Assembly: GCF_050013435.1 (NCBI RefSeq)
Contig: NZ_JBEKFG010000005.1
Coordinates: forward strand, 12,609 to 76,608
Length of the DNA: 64,000 bases
Origin: Candidatus Binatus sp.
GTDB lineage: Bacteria > Desulfobacterota > Binatia > Binatales > Binataceae
Reading direction: 5' to 3'
The notes under the pieces are model-generated. The model searched no databases. It was not told the DNA's origin and worked only from the letters and a program-made list of their open reading frames with translations. Shown piece by piece: positions 27,379 through 37,153 of this stretch (its first letter is position 1; each line of letters begins with the position of its first letter). The position numbers were made by a program, and so were the translations under genes.

Positions 27379-29049
27379 TCAGCGGGCGCCTGAGTTGCCA
27401 GGTTCGCAGGGCGTACGATGCAGCAGGGGTTCGAGCGCATCGTCGATTTCCGTGACAAGGCATTCGCGCGGCCGGGTGGTATCGATGCGCAGGTGGTTGC
27501 GCGCCGCAATCTCGCCAAGCGGCTCGAACTCGGCGCGCTGGCGCTGGTACACCTCCGGCGTAGCGTCTGAGACTTCACCGTGTATCGACGCGCGCCGCTC
27601 CAGCCGGCGTATCGCTTCGTCCTCACTGACGACGCATTCAACGAAAAGCACCGGCACGCCGTGGCGCGCCGCTATCGCCAGGGAGCGCTGCCTTTTGGCG
27701 GACGCCTTGAACGTCGCGTCGAGAATCGCTCCGCGGCCCTCGCTCAGGAGGCTCTCCGCTTCGTCGAGCATCGCGTCGTAGGTGATTGTCGTAAACCTGT
27801 CGGAATATATATCGGCTCCGTAATCCGCGCGGACGTGCTCGTGTGCGGAGACAGCTGCCAGGCGCTTGCGGACGCGGTCCGAGTTGATGATCTCGAAGCC
27901 CTTGCGATGCCGGAGCATGCGGGCGACGGTCGATTTGCCGGTGCCCGAAAGCCCGCACACTACGATCAGAGCCGGCGATGCGCCACGGGCATAGCGCCAC
28001 GCGAGCTCGAAGTAACTCCGCGCGAGTTGCCCAGCGCGCTCGTTATCCGCCGCGCCAACCTCGCGCTCGAGGCTTCTCAGGCTCTCGACCTTGCCGCGCA
28101 CGCATGCGCGATAGCACTTGTAGAACGGAACGAACAGCGCAAGCTCTTCGTCGCCGGTGATCTCCGCGTAGTCCTCGACCAACTCTTCGGCGAACCCAGG
28201 CGCGCCGAGCCGCTCGAGGTCCATCGCCAGGAATGCGATCTCCGAAGCGACGTCGCCGTAGCGCAACTGCTCGCTGAACTCGACGCAATCGATCACATCG
28301 ATTTCGTTTTCGTTGCCCACAAGGCAGATATGCTCGGCGCGCAAATCGCCGTGGCCTTCGCGCACCCGGCCCTCGCGCGCCCGCTCATTCAATGGCCGCC
28401 AATGAGCCGTGATAAAGGCGCGGCAGAAGGCGTCGATCGCGGTGAATTGGTCTTGGCGAAGCGTGCGACCGATAAAATCCCGGCTCTGCGCGATGTCCCC
28501 GATCACGCCGCGCCAGATTGCCGCGGCTGAACCGTAGGCCCATCCACGATTCGACGGCGCGCTCGCATGAAACTGCGCCATACGCGCCGCAATAGCGCGA
28601 ATCGTGCGGCTATCCACCTGGCCCGCGGCGAGCAGCCGATCGAGCATGCGGTCTTCGGGCAGCCGGCGCATCTTGACCGCGTACTCGACGGCTTCGGGAT
28701 GCTCGACGCGAACCTCGGGTCCGAGCACGAAGCAGTCCGCACGCTTAAGAATCGCGAACACGCCGAGGTACACACTTGGCGAAAGACGCGCGTTGAGGCG
28801 CACCTCCTCGATGCAATAGTGGAACCGGCGCGCGAGCCTGGAACAATCCAGGAATGCAAAATGAACCGGCTTCTTGACCTTGAAAACCGTTTCTCCGGCG
28901 ACAAAGACGTAAGATATGTGCGTCTGCTTGAGTTCGACGCGAGCGGGCGAGTCCGGGTAGAACTCCGGCCGCATCATTGCCTCGACCAGCGCCGCGACAC
29001 CGCCCGCGCGATCTCCGCCAGGCCTCGGCGTCCCGCATGGTTCCATCAT
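27379..29049 (-). CDS. bifunctional phosphotransferase (APH-like kinase fold) plus P-loop kinase (AAA_33-like) protein
   Basis: Start at MMEPCG. N-terminal kinase-like region (HGDLRAEHI catalytic loop). C-terminal Walker A CGLSGTGKST. Confidence 0.75.
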   Translation of the reverse strand: MMEPCGTPRPGGDRAGGVAALVEAMMRPEFYPDSPARVELKQTHISYVFVAGETVFKVKKPVHFAFLDCSRLARRFHYCIEEVRLNARLSPSVYLGVFAILKRADCFVLGPEVRVEHPEAVEYAVKMRRLPEDRMLDRLLAAGQVDSRTIRAIAARMAQFHASAPSNRGWAYGSAAAIWRGVIGDIAQSRDFIGRTLRQDQFTAIDAFCRAFITAHWRPLNERAREGRVREGHGDLRAEHICLVGNENEIDVIDCVEFSEQLRYGDVASEIAFLAMDLERLGAPGFAEELVEDYAEITGDEELALFVPFYKCYRACVRGKVESLRSLEREVGAADNERAGQLARSYFELAWRYARGASPALIVVCGLSGTGKSTVARMLRHRKGFEIINSDRVRKRLAAVSAHEHVRADYGADIYSDRFTTITYDAMLDEAESLLSEGRGAILDATFKASAKRQRSLAIAARHGVPVLFVECVVSEDEAIRRLERRASIHGEVSDATPEVYQRQRAEFEPLGEIAARNHLRIDTTRPRECLVTEIDDALEPLLHRTPCEPGNSGAR

Positions 29050-29090
29050 TTCACCCGGGTCCGCGCATCGCTCCCGCCTGCCCGCCGTGC

Positions 29091-29897
29091 TCAGACTCGC
29101 GCGGTCAGCGCCTCTAGCACGTCGCCCGTGGTTATCACGCCGGCGAGCTTGCCGTCTTCCAGCACTGGCAGCCCTCCGATCTTCCGGTCGCGCAGCAAGC
29201 GCGCAGCCTCTCGAATATCGGTCGATGGCGTGACAGTTATCAGCGTTTCGCTCATCGCCTTGCACGCCTCGGTTTGATCCAAAAGGCCGGTGTGCTGGCG
29301 GATGTCGCGGTCGGTCACAATTCCGACCGGGACGCCTTCATTGAGGATCGGCACGCATCGAAAGCCTCCCGCGTGCATCTTGGTTGCGATGGAGGCAAGC
29401 TTCTCGTGCGGAGTCGCGGTGATCGGATTTTTCGTCATCCAGGTGCCGACCAGGTCGCTTTGCGCGGGCGTGCAGCGCACGGTCACCACCGGGCACATGG
29501 ATTCGCGCAAGACGACCTCGGCGATGCTGCCAAGGAAAAAGCGCTTGAAGCCACGGCGCCCGTGCGTGGCCATTACGATTACGTCGGCGCTGGTTTTCTT
29601 TTCGGCGTTTAAGATGGCACCGGCCGGCTCGCCGGTATGGGTCAGAACTTCGTACTTGAGTCCGTCCAGTCGCTTGTGTGCGATCTCGAGCAGCTTGGCG
29701 CGGGCAGTCTCTTCCTGCCCCTTGTAGAGGTCGACATAGATCGGCATCCCCGTCGGCGCGAGGATCATCGGAACCACGTGCAAGACAAACACGGTGCCGT
29801 CGCTCTCGCGGGCGAAATCCGCGGCAGTATCGAGCGCCTGCATCGAGTTATCGTCGAAGTCCACCGGGCAAAGAATTCTGCGGAATGGGTATGCCAT
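29091..29897 (-). CDS. universal stress protein domain fused to a CBS pair
   Basis: Start at MAYPFRRILCPVDF. USP motif VMATHGRRGFKRFFLGSIAEVV, then two CBS repeats (GIVTDRDI, GVITTGDV). Confidence 0.85.
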   Translation of the reverse strand: MAYPFRRILCPVDFDDNSMQALDTAADFARESDGTVFVLHVVPMILAPTGMPIYVDLYKGQEETARAKLLEIAHKRLDGLKYEVLTHTGEPAGAILNAEKKTSADVIVMATHGRRGFKRFFLGSIAEVVLRESMCPVVTVRCTPAQSDLVGTWMTKNPITATPHEKLASIATKMHAGGFRCVPILNEGVPVGIVTDRDIRQHTGLLDQTEACKAMSETLITVTPSTDIREAARLLRDRKIGGLPVLEDGKLAGVITTGDVLEALTARV

Positions 29898-29945
29898 GAA
29901 AATATGCTCCTTCGAGGTCAGGCGCGGCGCGATACTCAGTGGACT

Positions 29946-29961
29946 AGCGAATGCCGTGCCA
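29946..29961 (-). promoter_or_regulatory. sigma-54 promoter candidate for the USP-CBS / kinase operon
   Basis: Minus strand reads TGGCACggcatTCGCt. The GC dinucleotide is about 50 nt upstream of the ATG at 29897. Confidence 0.6.
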
Positions 29962-30164
29962 TCCCCGGTTTTGGATTTTCGCGGCTCGCAATGACGATTC
30001 GATCGCGCACCGCGATGACCTGCATCCGATCGCAGCACTCAGACACTTCCATGCTAAAGCATTCTTCAGCGAGCTTATAGCCGTCAAGAGATGCTCTCGC
30101 CACTCCGTAACCTTTATCGGTTCCGAGCGTCTTGCTGTTCACGACGGTATCTTACGGTCAATTT

Positions 30165-30461
30165 ATGAAACTCATCGCTTCAATATCGTTTGCCGCGGCC
30201 CTGTTAATGCTAGCGCCCGCCCTGTCGGCGCAGGCTCAGCCGAATTCAGTAGTAATCCCGTCCGCTAACGGCGCAAGCCAGAGCGCTCCGTCCGGTGGCG
30301 AGACGAATAAACCGGCAGTGGCCGAGACCGGGAAGCCGGCGGCTCACAAGGCCGCTCATCCCAAGAAGAAAAAGACCTCTTTCATGCATAAGATGCGTGA
30401 CAAGGCAGAGCAGCAAGTTCAAAAGCTGCTCGGCTCGAAACAACAACCAAAACCGCAATAG
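30165..30461 (+). CDS. small secreted Lys-rich protein, unknown function
   Basis: Signal peptide MKLIASISFAAALLMLAPALSAQA followed by a low-complexity basic mature part. Confidence 0.45.
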   Translation: MKLIASISFAAALLMLAPALSAQAQPNSVVIPSANGASQSAPSGGETNKPAVAETGKPAAHKAAHPKKKKTSFMHKMRDKAEQQVQKLLGSKQQPKPQ

Positions 30462-30668
30462 CTCCTGATCGTCCCTCAAGAGCCGCGTTGCTCTCGCAGA
30501 TACTCAGCCTGCGGAAGCGCAGCATCGATCGCGAAGATGTATCGCTTCGCGTCATTTCGCAAACGTCGATGCGGCTGATGGGCAGGATGAGACGGGGAGC
30601 GTTTACTGTCCAGCTCACAAAAGCCCGCACCTTCATTGCAGACCATAGCATCGACGCCTAGCCGCCGA

Positions 30669-30684
30669 TGGCAAGCGAATTGCA
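30669..30684 (+). promoter_or_regulatory. sigma-54 promoter candidate for the CBS-pair gene
   Basis: TGGCAAgcgaaTTGCA, with a single mismatch to TGGCAC-N5-TTGCA. 33 nt before the ATG at 30716, which has a GGAGG RBS. Confidence 0.6.
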
Positions 30685-30715
30685 CGCTCATCAACTGACT
30701 CTTCGGAGGACAAGG

Positions 30716-31108
30716 ATGCAGATTGTCAACTTGATGACCCCGGACCCCATCGTAATCAATCCTGATGACACATTGGCGAACGCCAAGGCCGTCATGGACG
30801 ACGGCCGGTTCAGGCGATTGCCGGTGGTGGAGGGCGGGCGGCTGGTCGGGATCCTCACCGAGCGCGATATACGCGAGCACATGGGCTACCTGGGATCGAC
30901 GCGGGTGAATGCGGCGATGCGCACCGAGCTCATCACCGTCGCGCCGCATAGTACGGTGGAAGACGCGGCCCGGCTGATGCTGAAGCACAAGATCGGTGGA
31001 CTGCCGATCGTCGCCGACGGCAAGCTGGTCGGCATCGTCACCACGAGCGATTTGCTGAGGGCGTTCCTGCTGGTGGTTGCGGGAACCAGCAAGATCATGA
31101 ACGGCTAA
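30716..31108 (+). CDS. CBS-pair domain protein
   Basis: 130 aa. Two CBS repeats (GILTERDI, GIVTTSDL). Confidence 0.85.
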   Translation: MQIVNLMTPDPIVINPDDTLANAKAVMDDGRFRRLPVVEGGRLVGILTERDIREHMGYLGSTRVNAAMRTELITVAPHSTVEDAARLMLKHKIGGLPIVADGKLVGIVTTSDLLRAFLLVVAGTSKIMNG

Positions 31109-31146
31109 GGGCACGCAAGGAGCAGCGAATCGCAAAGAGGCATCGA

Positions 31147-31674
31147 ATGAAGCAGACCACCGGTAACACTCCCCGCAAGGGACTCACCCGCAGCCTCGAC
31201 CGCCGCGGCACGCGCTCCGACATGAGCCCGCCTGTCGCGCAGAAGCAGCGCCCACCCAAAGATCCCTCGGTTTGCGACGTCTGTGGGAGCATTTATACGG
31301 CCAAAACCTGGCGGCGCAATCGGACGCTCCCCGCCAAACTGATCAACGCGGCGGCATGGACTATCTGCCCGGGGTGCAAGCAGGCGAAAAGCGGCGAATA
31401 CTTCGGGCGGGTGCTGGTGCGCGGCTCGAACGCAAGCTCAAACCTGGAGGCGATCCGCGCGCGGATCGCCAACGTCGAACGGCGCGCCGAATTCACTCAA
31501 CCCGAGCGGCGGATTGTCTCCAGCAAATGGAATGGCGCGACGCTCGAGGTCCTGACCACGTCGCAAAAGCTGGCGCATCGTATCGCCCGCGAACTGCAGA
31601 AAGCTTTCGGCGGACGCGCGCGTTACAACTGGTCTGACCAGGACGGCGCCCTTACGGCCGTCTGGGAAGCGTAA
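31147..31674 (+). CDS. zinc-ribbon protein of unknown function
   Basis: 175 aa. CDVCG ... CPGCK four-Cys pattern, basic N-terminus. A weaker -24/-12-like site lies at 31109..31124. Confidence 0.55.
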   Translation: MKQTTGNTPRKGLTRSLDRRGTRSDMSPPVAQKQRPPKDPSVCDVCGSIYTAKTWRRNRTLPAKLINAAAWTICPGCKQAKSGEYFGRVLVRGSNASSNLEAIRARIANVERRAEFTQPERRIVSSKWNGATLEVLTTSQKLAHRIARELQKAFGGRARYNWSDQDGALTAVWEA

Positions 31675-31695
31675 ACGCGTGCGTCGCGCGCCTGA

Positions 31696-33198
31696 TCACT
31701 CGATTCCGTACTTCACGATCTTGGCGTAGAGCTTCTTGCGGGAGATCTTCAGCAGCTTGGCAGCCTGCACCTTGTTGCCTTCAGTCGCATCGAGCGCGCG
31801 GCGGATAAGGGCGTGCTCGGCATCGGCGAAACTGCCGACCGGATTTACCCTGGCGACGGGTTCGCGTTCGGCGGCGTGCGAACCGGCGATCGATGCCGGC
31901 AGGTCCTGCAATCGGATCACGGGCGAGCGGCTGAACGTGAATGCGCTCTCGATCGCGTTGGCAAGTTCGCGCACGTTGCCCGGCCACGAATACCGTCGCA
32001 TGGCCTCGATCGCTTCGTCCTCTGCCCCCGTGACCGGAACTCCCCGCATCTGCCGTGCGTTGAAGAGCTCGATGAAATGTTCGACCAGCAGCGCCACATC
32101 CTCAAGCCGCGCCCGCAGCGGCGGTATATGAATGACGCCCGCCTGCAGACGGTAGTAGAGGTCGTCTCGAAGGCGGCCGGCCTTCACCTCCTCCTGGGGA
32201 TCGCGGTTGGTCGAGGCGATCAGGCGCACGTCCACTGCAATCTCTCTGGTCGAGCCTACCGGACGCACCGAGCGCTCCTGAATCGCGCGCAGCAGCTTGC
32301 TCTGCGTGTCGGCGCTCATCTCCGTGACCTCGTCCAGGAACAGAGTTCCGCCGTCAGCCGCGCGGAACAGCCCCAGGTACTCGGCGTTCGCTCCGCTGAA
32401 CGCGCCGCGCTTGTATCCAAATAGCTCGCTTTCGATCAGGTCCTTGGGTACCGCCGCGCAGTTGAGCGCGACGAACGGCGCCCCCGGCTGCGGGCCGCAT
32501 TCATGAATGGCGTGCGCTACCAGCTCCTTGCCCGTGCCGCTCTCGCCGACGATTAGGATCGTGCCGCGCGTGACGCCGGCCGCCTCCACCCGGTCGTACA
32601 GCTGGCGCATCGCCGCACTGGCGCCGACCATCCCGTGGAACCGGCTGCGAGAATGATTTGGAAGCGTCGCGGCTTCGCGCTCGAGCGCCATTATTCGCGC
32701 TCCGGAGACGGCGGTCTTCGAGCGGAAGTAGGTATCGGCGAGCACGACGATCCGGATGTGACTTAGCTTGTCGAACGCCTGGTAGGTCCGCCCCGTTAAT
32801 GGCGGGAAGGTAGGAAACGCGGTGGCCGCGCTCTCCTCGAAAAGGTGGATCGAGACGATCAATTCCTGGAATGGCACCCCGCGTTCGGCGAGCTGTTCCC
32901 CGATTCGTGCGACGTTGGCGGCGAAGCCGTCCATGTCTTTGCCGAGTAAATCCTTCAGCGTGGCATCGAGTTCGCTGCCGTAAATCTCCATGAATTCCGT
33001 CTTCGTCAGCGCGCGGCTGTCGGCAAAGTGCAGCACGTAGAGCTGATACCAGTGGTCCAGCACGCGGTTGCGATGCTTCTGGACGGACTCCAGGACCGGA
33101 CGCAGCTCGTCGAGTTCCGTGTCCCACAGCAGGTGAAAATAGCGCGGCCCGCCGCTGGGCAGAGCAGCAGGAGCCGGTGCGTTGGTGTTTGTCTTCAT
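31696..33198 (-). CDS. sigma-54-dependent transcriptional activator (bacterial enhancer-binding protein)
   Basis: AAA+ core with GESGTGKE Walker A, GAFSGA (GAFTGA-loop variant) and ESELFGY. C-terminal Fis-type HTH ([20 protein letters not shown]). About 190-aa N-terminal sensor domain I cannot recognise. Confidence 0.9.
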   Translation of the reverse strand: MKTNTNAPAPAALPSGGPRYFHLLWDTELDELRPVLESVQKHRNRVLDHWYQLYVLHFADSRALTKTEFMEIYGSELDATLKDLLGKDMDGFAANVARIGEQLAERGVPFQELIVSIHLFEESAATAFPTFPPLTGRTYQAFDKLSHIRIVVLADTYFRSKTAVSGARIMALEREAATLPNHSRSRFHGMVGASAAMRQLYDRVEAAGVTRGTILIVGESGTGKELVAHAIHECGPQPGAPFVALNCAAVPKDLIESELFGYKRGAFSGANAEYLGLFRAADGGTLFLDEVTEMSADTQSKLLRAIQERSVRPVGSTREIAVDVRLIASTNRDPQEEVKAGRLRDDLYYRLQAGVIHIPPLRARLEDVALLVEHFIELFNARQMRGVPVTGAEDEAIEAMRRYSWPGNVRELANAIESAFTFSRSPVIRLQDLPASIAGSHAAEREPVARVNPVGSFADAEHALIRRALDATEGNKVQAAKLLKISRKKLYAKIVKYGIE

Positions 33199-33342
33199 TC
33201 GTCAGGTTTCCGGGTCAAATGGCTCGAAAGGCGTCAATCCGATTAAAAACTGCACTCAGCGGGGACAATTCTTTTTTAACATATGTTGCCTCAAAAACCA
33301 AAATCGTCGGATTTCAGCGGCGTTTTGCCCGGGCAGTCGCGT

Positions 33343-33358
33343 TGGCATGTTTCAAGCA
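33343..33358 (+). promoter_or_regulatory. sigma-54 promoter candidate, divergent from the activator gene
   Basis: TGGCATgtttcAAGCA has correct GG/GC spacing but a weaker -12 box. Confidence 0.45.
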
Positions 33359-33394
33359 AGAGCAGAGATGTCAGGTTGCCAGCGTGACAAATCA

Positions 33395-33886
33395 ATGCTC
33401 CAGCAGCACAAACGACTGAAGCTCGCATCGAGCTCCTCGGAGGGCAAAGTGAGCCGCAAGTCTGGACCCCGGCTTGCGCTTGCCTCACAGGCGGACCCGG
33501 CAGGAACCACGGGCGGAAAGCGCGGGGCGATAGCAGTTTTCTCGCGCGACGAATCGGTCGTGCAGATAATCGCCGAGGGCGTGAGCGATGCCTGGGTCAT
33601 TGCGAAATTTGCCGATCCGCATGACGGGCACGCGTTCCTGCTCAAGCCGGACGTCAAGATGGTGGTAATCGACGACGAAGCTCTCGAGGAATCGACCCGC
33701 GCCTGGCTGCTTGACCAAGTGCGCAAACACGCCCTCCATGCACTCGTTGCCTACATCGCCGCGAATCACAGTCCCGAGACCGAACGGCAAGCGCGTGCAT
33801 ATAGCGTCCAGTACTACACCTCGAAGCCGATGGATCGAGAACGCACGCTCAGGGTTTTGCATTCGTTCGAGCACGCGGTTCATTAG
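33395..33886 (+). CDS. hypothetical protein
   Basis: The in-frame Met (MLQQHKRL) downstream of the candidate promoter was chosen as start; the tracked ORF starts earlier at 33182. No family recognised. Confidence 0.4.
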   Translation: MLQQHKRLKLASSSSEGKVSRKSGPRLALASQADPAGTTGGKRGAIAVFSRDESVVQIIAEGVSDAWVIAKFADPHDGHAFLLKPDVKMVVIDDEALEESTRAWLLDQVRKHALHALVAYIAANHSPETERQARAYSVQYYTSKPMDRERTLRVLHSFEHAVH

Positions 33887-33954
33887 GCCGCCAAATAAGC
33901 GCCGGCCTGGCGCTGCGCGCGACGGCGCTAATGGATAAGCACTCGCGGCTCGCG

Positions 33955-34419
33955 TCACTTCTGCTGGATGCTCTCGACGAATCGCGCCATCGCTTCGATT
34001 CTTCTCTTCACCTCGGCATCGCTTTCGGGCGTGAACTCCTGGCCCGGCTTCTGAAGGGTTGTCCCCCAAAAGGGCATCTGGAGCCGCGCGTGCGACGGTA
34101 TATTCTTGCGGCCGTCGATTGAGTCCACGACCTCATCGAAGGGAAATTTCCCGCCATTTTTCCTTGCCATCTGAGTGAGGTCGTTCGGCGGCGGGTTCAT
34201 CGGAATGCTCAAGCGGGAGGGGCCGTCGCCCTTACCGGTAAGCCCATGGCACTCGGCGCAGTAATTTTGGTAATCCCGGATTCCGGACTGCGCGGCGGCG
34301 GTCCGGGCGCTAGTCGCGAGCACCAGCGTCAGCAACAGGAACCCGGCCGACGCCTGCGCCAATGCCGTGAGTACTCTGCCTGGGAGCGCAATCGCGATGC
34401 GATTATATCGGCCCGTCAT
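33955..34419 (-). CDS. monoheme cytochrome c
   Basis: Signal/anchor helix, CAECH motif, distal Met region (LQMPFW). Confidence 0.8.
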   Translation of the reverse strand: MTGRYNRIAIALPGRVLTALAQASAGFLLLTLVLATSARTAAAQSGIRDYQNYCAECHGLTGKGDGPSRLSIPMNPPPNDLTQMARKNGGKFPFDEVVDSIDGRKNIPSHARLQMPFWGTTLQKPGQEFTPESDAEVKRRIEAMARFVESIQQK

Positions 34420-34902
34420 GGTGCGGGGTCCTTTCTGTGGTCATTTGAAATCGCCATTACACGCAGCTCATTAGGCGCGCTTTGCGTCTATTCAGCAACC
34501 TTACGACGCCACGCGAGAGACGCCCACGAATCATGACGCCAACGGCACCACCAGGTGACGCGATCGGCGGCATGATTCCTCGATCTATGCTTGCCCGCCG
34601 ACCCCAAAAGCCCGGAAACATCTTGTTTATGAGCGGAAGAAATGTGGCCCAAGCTGGATTTTAACTGCCGACCCTCATTCAGTTTTGATCGGGGAAATCG
34701 TCTGCGAATCTGGCGAGGTATTCGGACCAAAATAAAAGCAGCAGTGCTGGAGAGAATCTTCTTGTCGAGAATTCGCCTCGCATTTTCACCCTAACGGTCG
34801 GACGGCTGATTCGGCTTAGCGATCTGTCGAACCAGACTCCTCCAGGCGATTGTCGAAGGCCGACCGCCGCGGTTCAGATCCTCTTTTTGGTAGCGACAAA
34901 CG

Positions 34903-35652
34903 TCAGGATCGCAGGCTAGCCTGAATTTTTACCGAGTCGATGATGAAACGGCGGTGTTCGCGCGTCACCACGCCTTCAGCAACGAGACTCTTGAGGCACT
35001 CGCTCACTTTCGGCCGCGAGGACTCCACCAGGTCCGCTATGTCCTGACCGCTTAGACCCAGATCTATGATCATCGCGTGGTCGTCTCGCTGACCGAACTT
35101 GCGGCCGAGGTCGAGCAAGGCGAGCATGATTTTCTCTCGAACGGTTTGACTGAGAAAGTTTGAATGGCGCTCCAGAAGCGTCCACCATCGGCCGACCGTC
35201 AAATTGAGCGCCTCGTTAAACTCGCGGAATGGAATGCCAACGATGCCCTCCACGAGCGCGGTTGGGCTTATTAAACCGATTTGACAATCCGTGAACGTCT
35301 CGCAGGTGAGTTTATGATGGATATCGGGCAATAATGACGGAATCTCGATCACGTCGCCGGGTCCCAGCACCTCGAGCAGATTGCGTTCCCCTTTTCGATT
35401 GAGGCAGATAAGCCGGGCGATTCCCGAGAGCACGATGTACACGGCTTCATCTGATTCCCCCTCCTTATAGACGATCGAGTGTCTGGAAAACTGCCGAATC
35501 CTCATCCTGGCACGCAAGGCTTCCAATTTGCGTAAGGAAAGACCCGCCAGCCCTTTCAATTTCCCTAAATCTTGAGCGCTGACTGCGCGAGGTTGAGGAG
35601 GCCTGGCCCCCCTTTGCCTGATGTATCTGCCGCGTGACGAGCGTGGTGCCAT
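34903..35652 (-). CDS. Crp/Fnr-family transcriptional regulator
   Basis: Start at MAPRSS. cNMP-binding-like barrel (VYIVLSGIARLICL) and C-terminal HTH (SGQDIADLVESSRPKVSECLKSL). Confidence 0.8.
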   Translation of the reverse strand: MAPRSSRGRYIRQRGARPPQPRAVSAQDLGKLKGLAGLSLRKLEALRARMRIRQFSRHSIVYKEGESDEAVYIVLSGIARLICLNRKGERNLLEVLGPGDVIEIPSLLPDIHHKLTCETFTDCQIGLISPTALVEGIVGIPFREFNEALNLTVGRWWTLLERHSNFLSQTVREKIMLALLDLGRKFGQRDDHAMIIDLGLSGQDIADLVESSRPKVSECLKSLVAEGVVTREHRRFIIDSVKIQASLRS

Positions 35653-35865
35653 GGGTGGAAAAATTGAAGCGATCTCGGTGTCCCTTAAGTCTAACTTGCG
35701 TCCGTCGAATCGCAGCCGTCGAGCGCAGTCGCCGGATGTAACGACAATCGGTGCGAGAAAACAACGGAGGAGTCGTTCCTTTTGTAACAGAATCGGCCTT
35801 GAACGTAACTTTATTTGGCCTAGAACATGCTCCAAATTCAGGCTTATCCGTTGTAAGCGCCAACG

Positions 35866-36642
35866 GTGTATACGCCCGATCTGGGCGGTGCGATTTTGAA
35901 TGAGAAAAGAGCTTCCCGCGAAACAGACCTCGACAGACTAAGCCGGCTCAAGGTTTTGTCGTGGCTTTCTCCGTCTGAGCTCAAACTTTTGGCAAGTGCG
36001 CTGTCGCTTTCCGACTACAAACGACACGCGTTAATTCTGCGCGACGTTGCGCAGGCGCAAAGTGCCCACATTCTGTTGGCAGGAATTGCGCGCATCACCT
36101 GCCGCAACGCGCGCGACGAGCGTGTCACGGTGGCGATGCTGGCGCCGGGACCGATTCCGGAATTCCCAGCGCTGCCGCTCAGTCAGTCTGGTTTTCAATG
36201 CGAGGCTTACAACGATTGCCGCGTTGGAACTGTGAGCTGGGCTGACTTCGGCGGCATTACCCCAAATGCTCCCGAGTCCGCCTTCAAGCAATTTCACAGC
36301 AACGATTTGAAGCAGTGGTACCGCCTCCTGCTGCGCAGCTCGAGTTTCCTGAACCTTGGCCTGCACGAACGAATCGCCGTTGCGCTGTTGGAGCTGTGCT
36401 CGGACTTTGGAGTCGAGGAATCGCGCGGCACGCTGCTGCGCGTATCTTTCAGCCATAAGGACATCGCCAACCTGGTCGGCGCCTCGCGGCCCAGAGTGAC
36501 CGAGCATCTGGCGCGATTGGAGCGCGAAAAGTTCGTCATTCGCCAGGGACGACAGATGGTCGTGCAGGTCGCCAAGCTTCTCGATTCCATGAATGCTCAG
36601 GCCGGGCCGCATGTTTTGCGGGTCGATCCGCGACGTGAATAA
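35866..36642 (+). CDS. Crp/Fnr-family transcriptional regulator
   Basis: Barrel region (AHILLAGIARITCRN) and HTH (SHKDIANLVGASRPRVTEHLARL). Start codon uncertain (GTG at 35866 or a downstream TTG). A weaker -24/-12-like site lies at 35816..35831. Confidence 0.75.
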   Translation: MYTPDLGGAILNEKRASRETDLDRLSRLKVLSWLSPSELKLLASALSLSDYKRHALILRDVAQAQSAHILLAGIARITCRNARDERVTVAMLAPGPIPEFPALPLSQSGFQCEAYNDCRVGTVSWADFGGITPNAPESAFKQFHSNDLKQWYRLLLRSSSFLNLGLHERIAVALLELCSDFGVEESRGTLLRVSFSHKDIANLVGASRPRVTEHLARLEREKFVIRQGRQMVVQVAKLLDSMNAQAGPHVLRVDPRRE

Positions 36643-36671
36643 GGCGAGCGGTTCGGCGCGAGGTCAGTCTT

Positions 36672-36868
36672 AGGATGGACCTAGCAAAATCGCGAGCGGA
36701 TAGGTTTTGCGGGGTTCTTGCGATTTGCGCCGTCGGAGGCGTTCTCCGGGTCCGCGCACGATCTGGAATCGCGCGCACACGCGCGCTTTTCGCGCGATTC
36801 TCCGACACGTCCGAAAATCCAGAGATTGAATGGTGGAGCAGAGTGGATTTGAACTGGCGACCCCCACT
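36672..36868 (-). repeat. decayed copy of tRNA 3-prime part plus about 160-bp tRNA-downstream element
   Basis: 36834..36868 matches the acceptor/T-arm end of tRNA-Ala, but its T-stem no longer pairs. 36672..36833 aligns at roughly 75-80% to 42120..42286, including an identical 27-mer gaatcgcgcgcacacgcgcgcttttcg. Confidence 0.75.
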
Positions 36869-37153
36869 TCGCCTTCTCATCGCAAAATTGTCCGCGGAGT
36901 TGGCGACTAATTTGCAAAAGATTAAAACAGCGCTGCTGGAGAGAGCATTATCGCCACGCGTTCGCCTTGAATGTTTCTCTCCCAAGGTCGCAGCCAGGGC
37001 GTGATTTTTGGCCATCTTCCTCAGCATCTTTTCTATACGCGGCTATGATCTCGTCTTACGTAGTGGCCACCCGCCGTTCCTCCGCCATTGGATTGCTTAG
37101 CCTCTGGCGCCGCGCTATTTCTGTGGACAACAGACTGATTATGAACTGACGGT

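Noticed and set aside
31109-31124. GGGCACgcaagGAGCa, a sigma-54-like site after the CBS gene; also 35816..35831, TGGCCTagaacATGCt
   Set aside because: The GG/GC spacing is correct, but the -12 box or the -24 box is degenerate. They are mentioned as weak candidates only and not listed as features.
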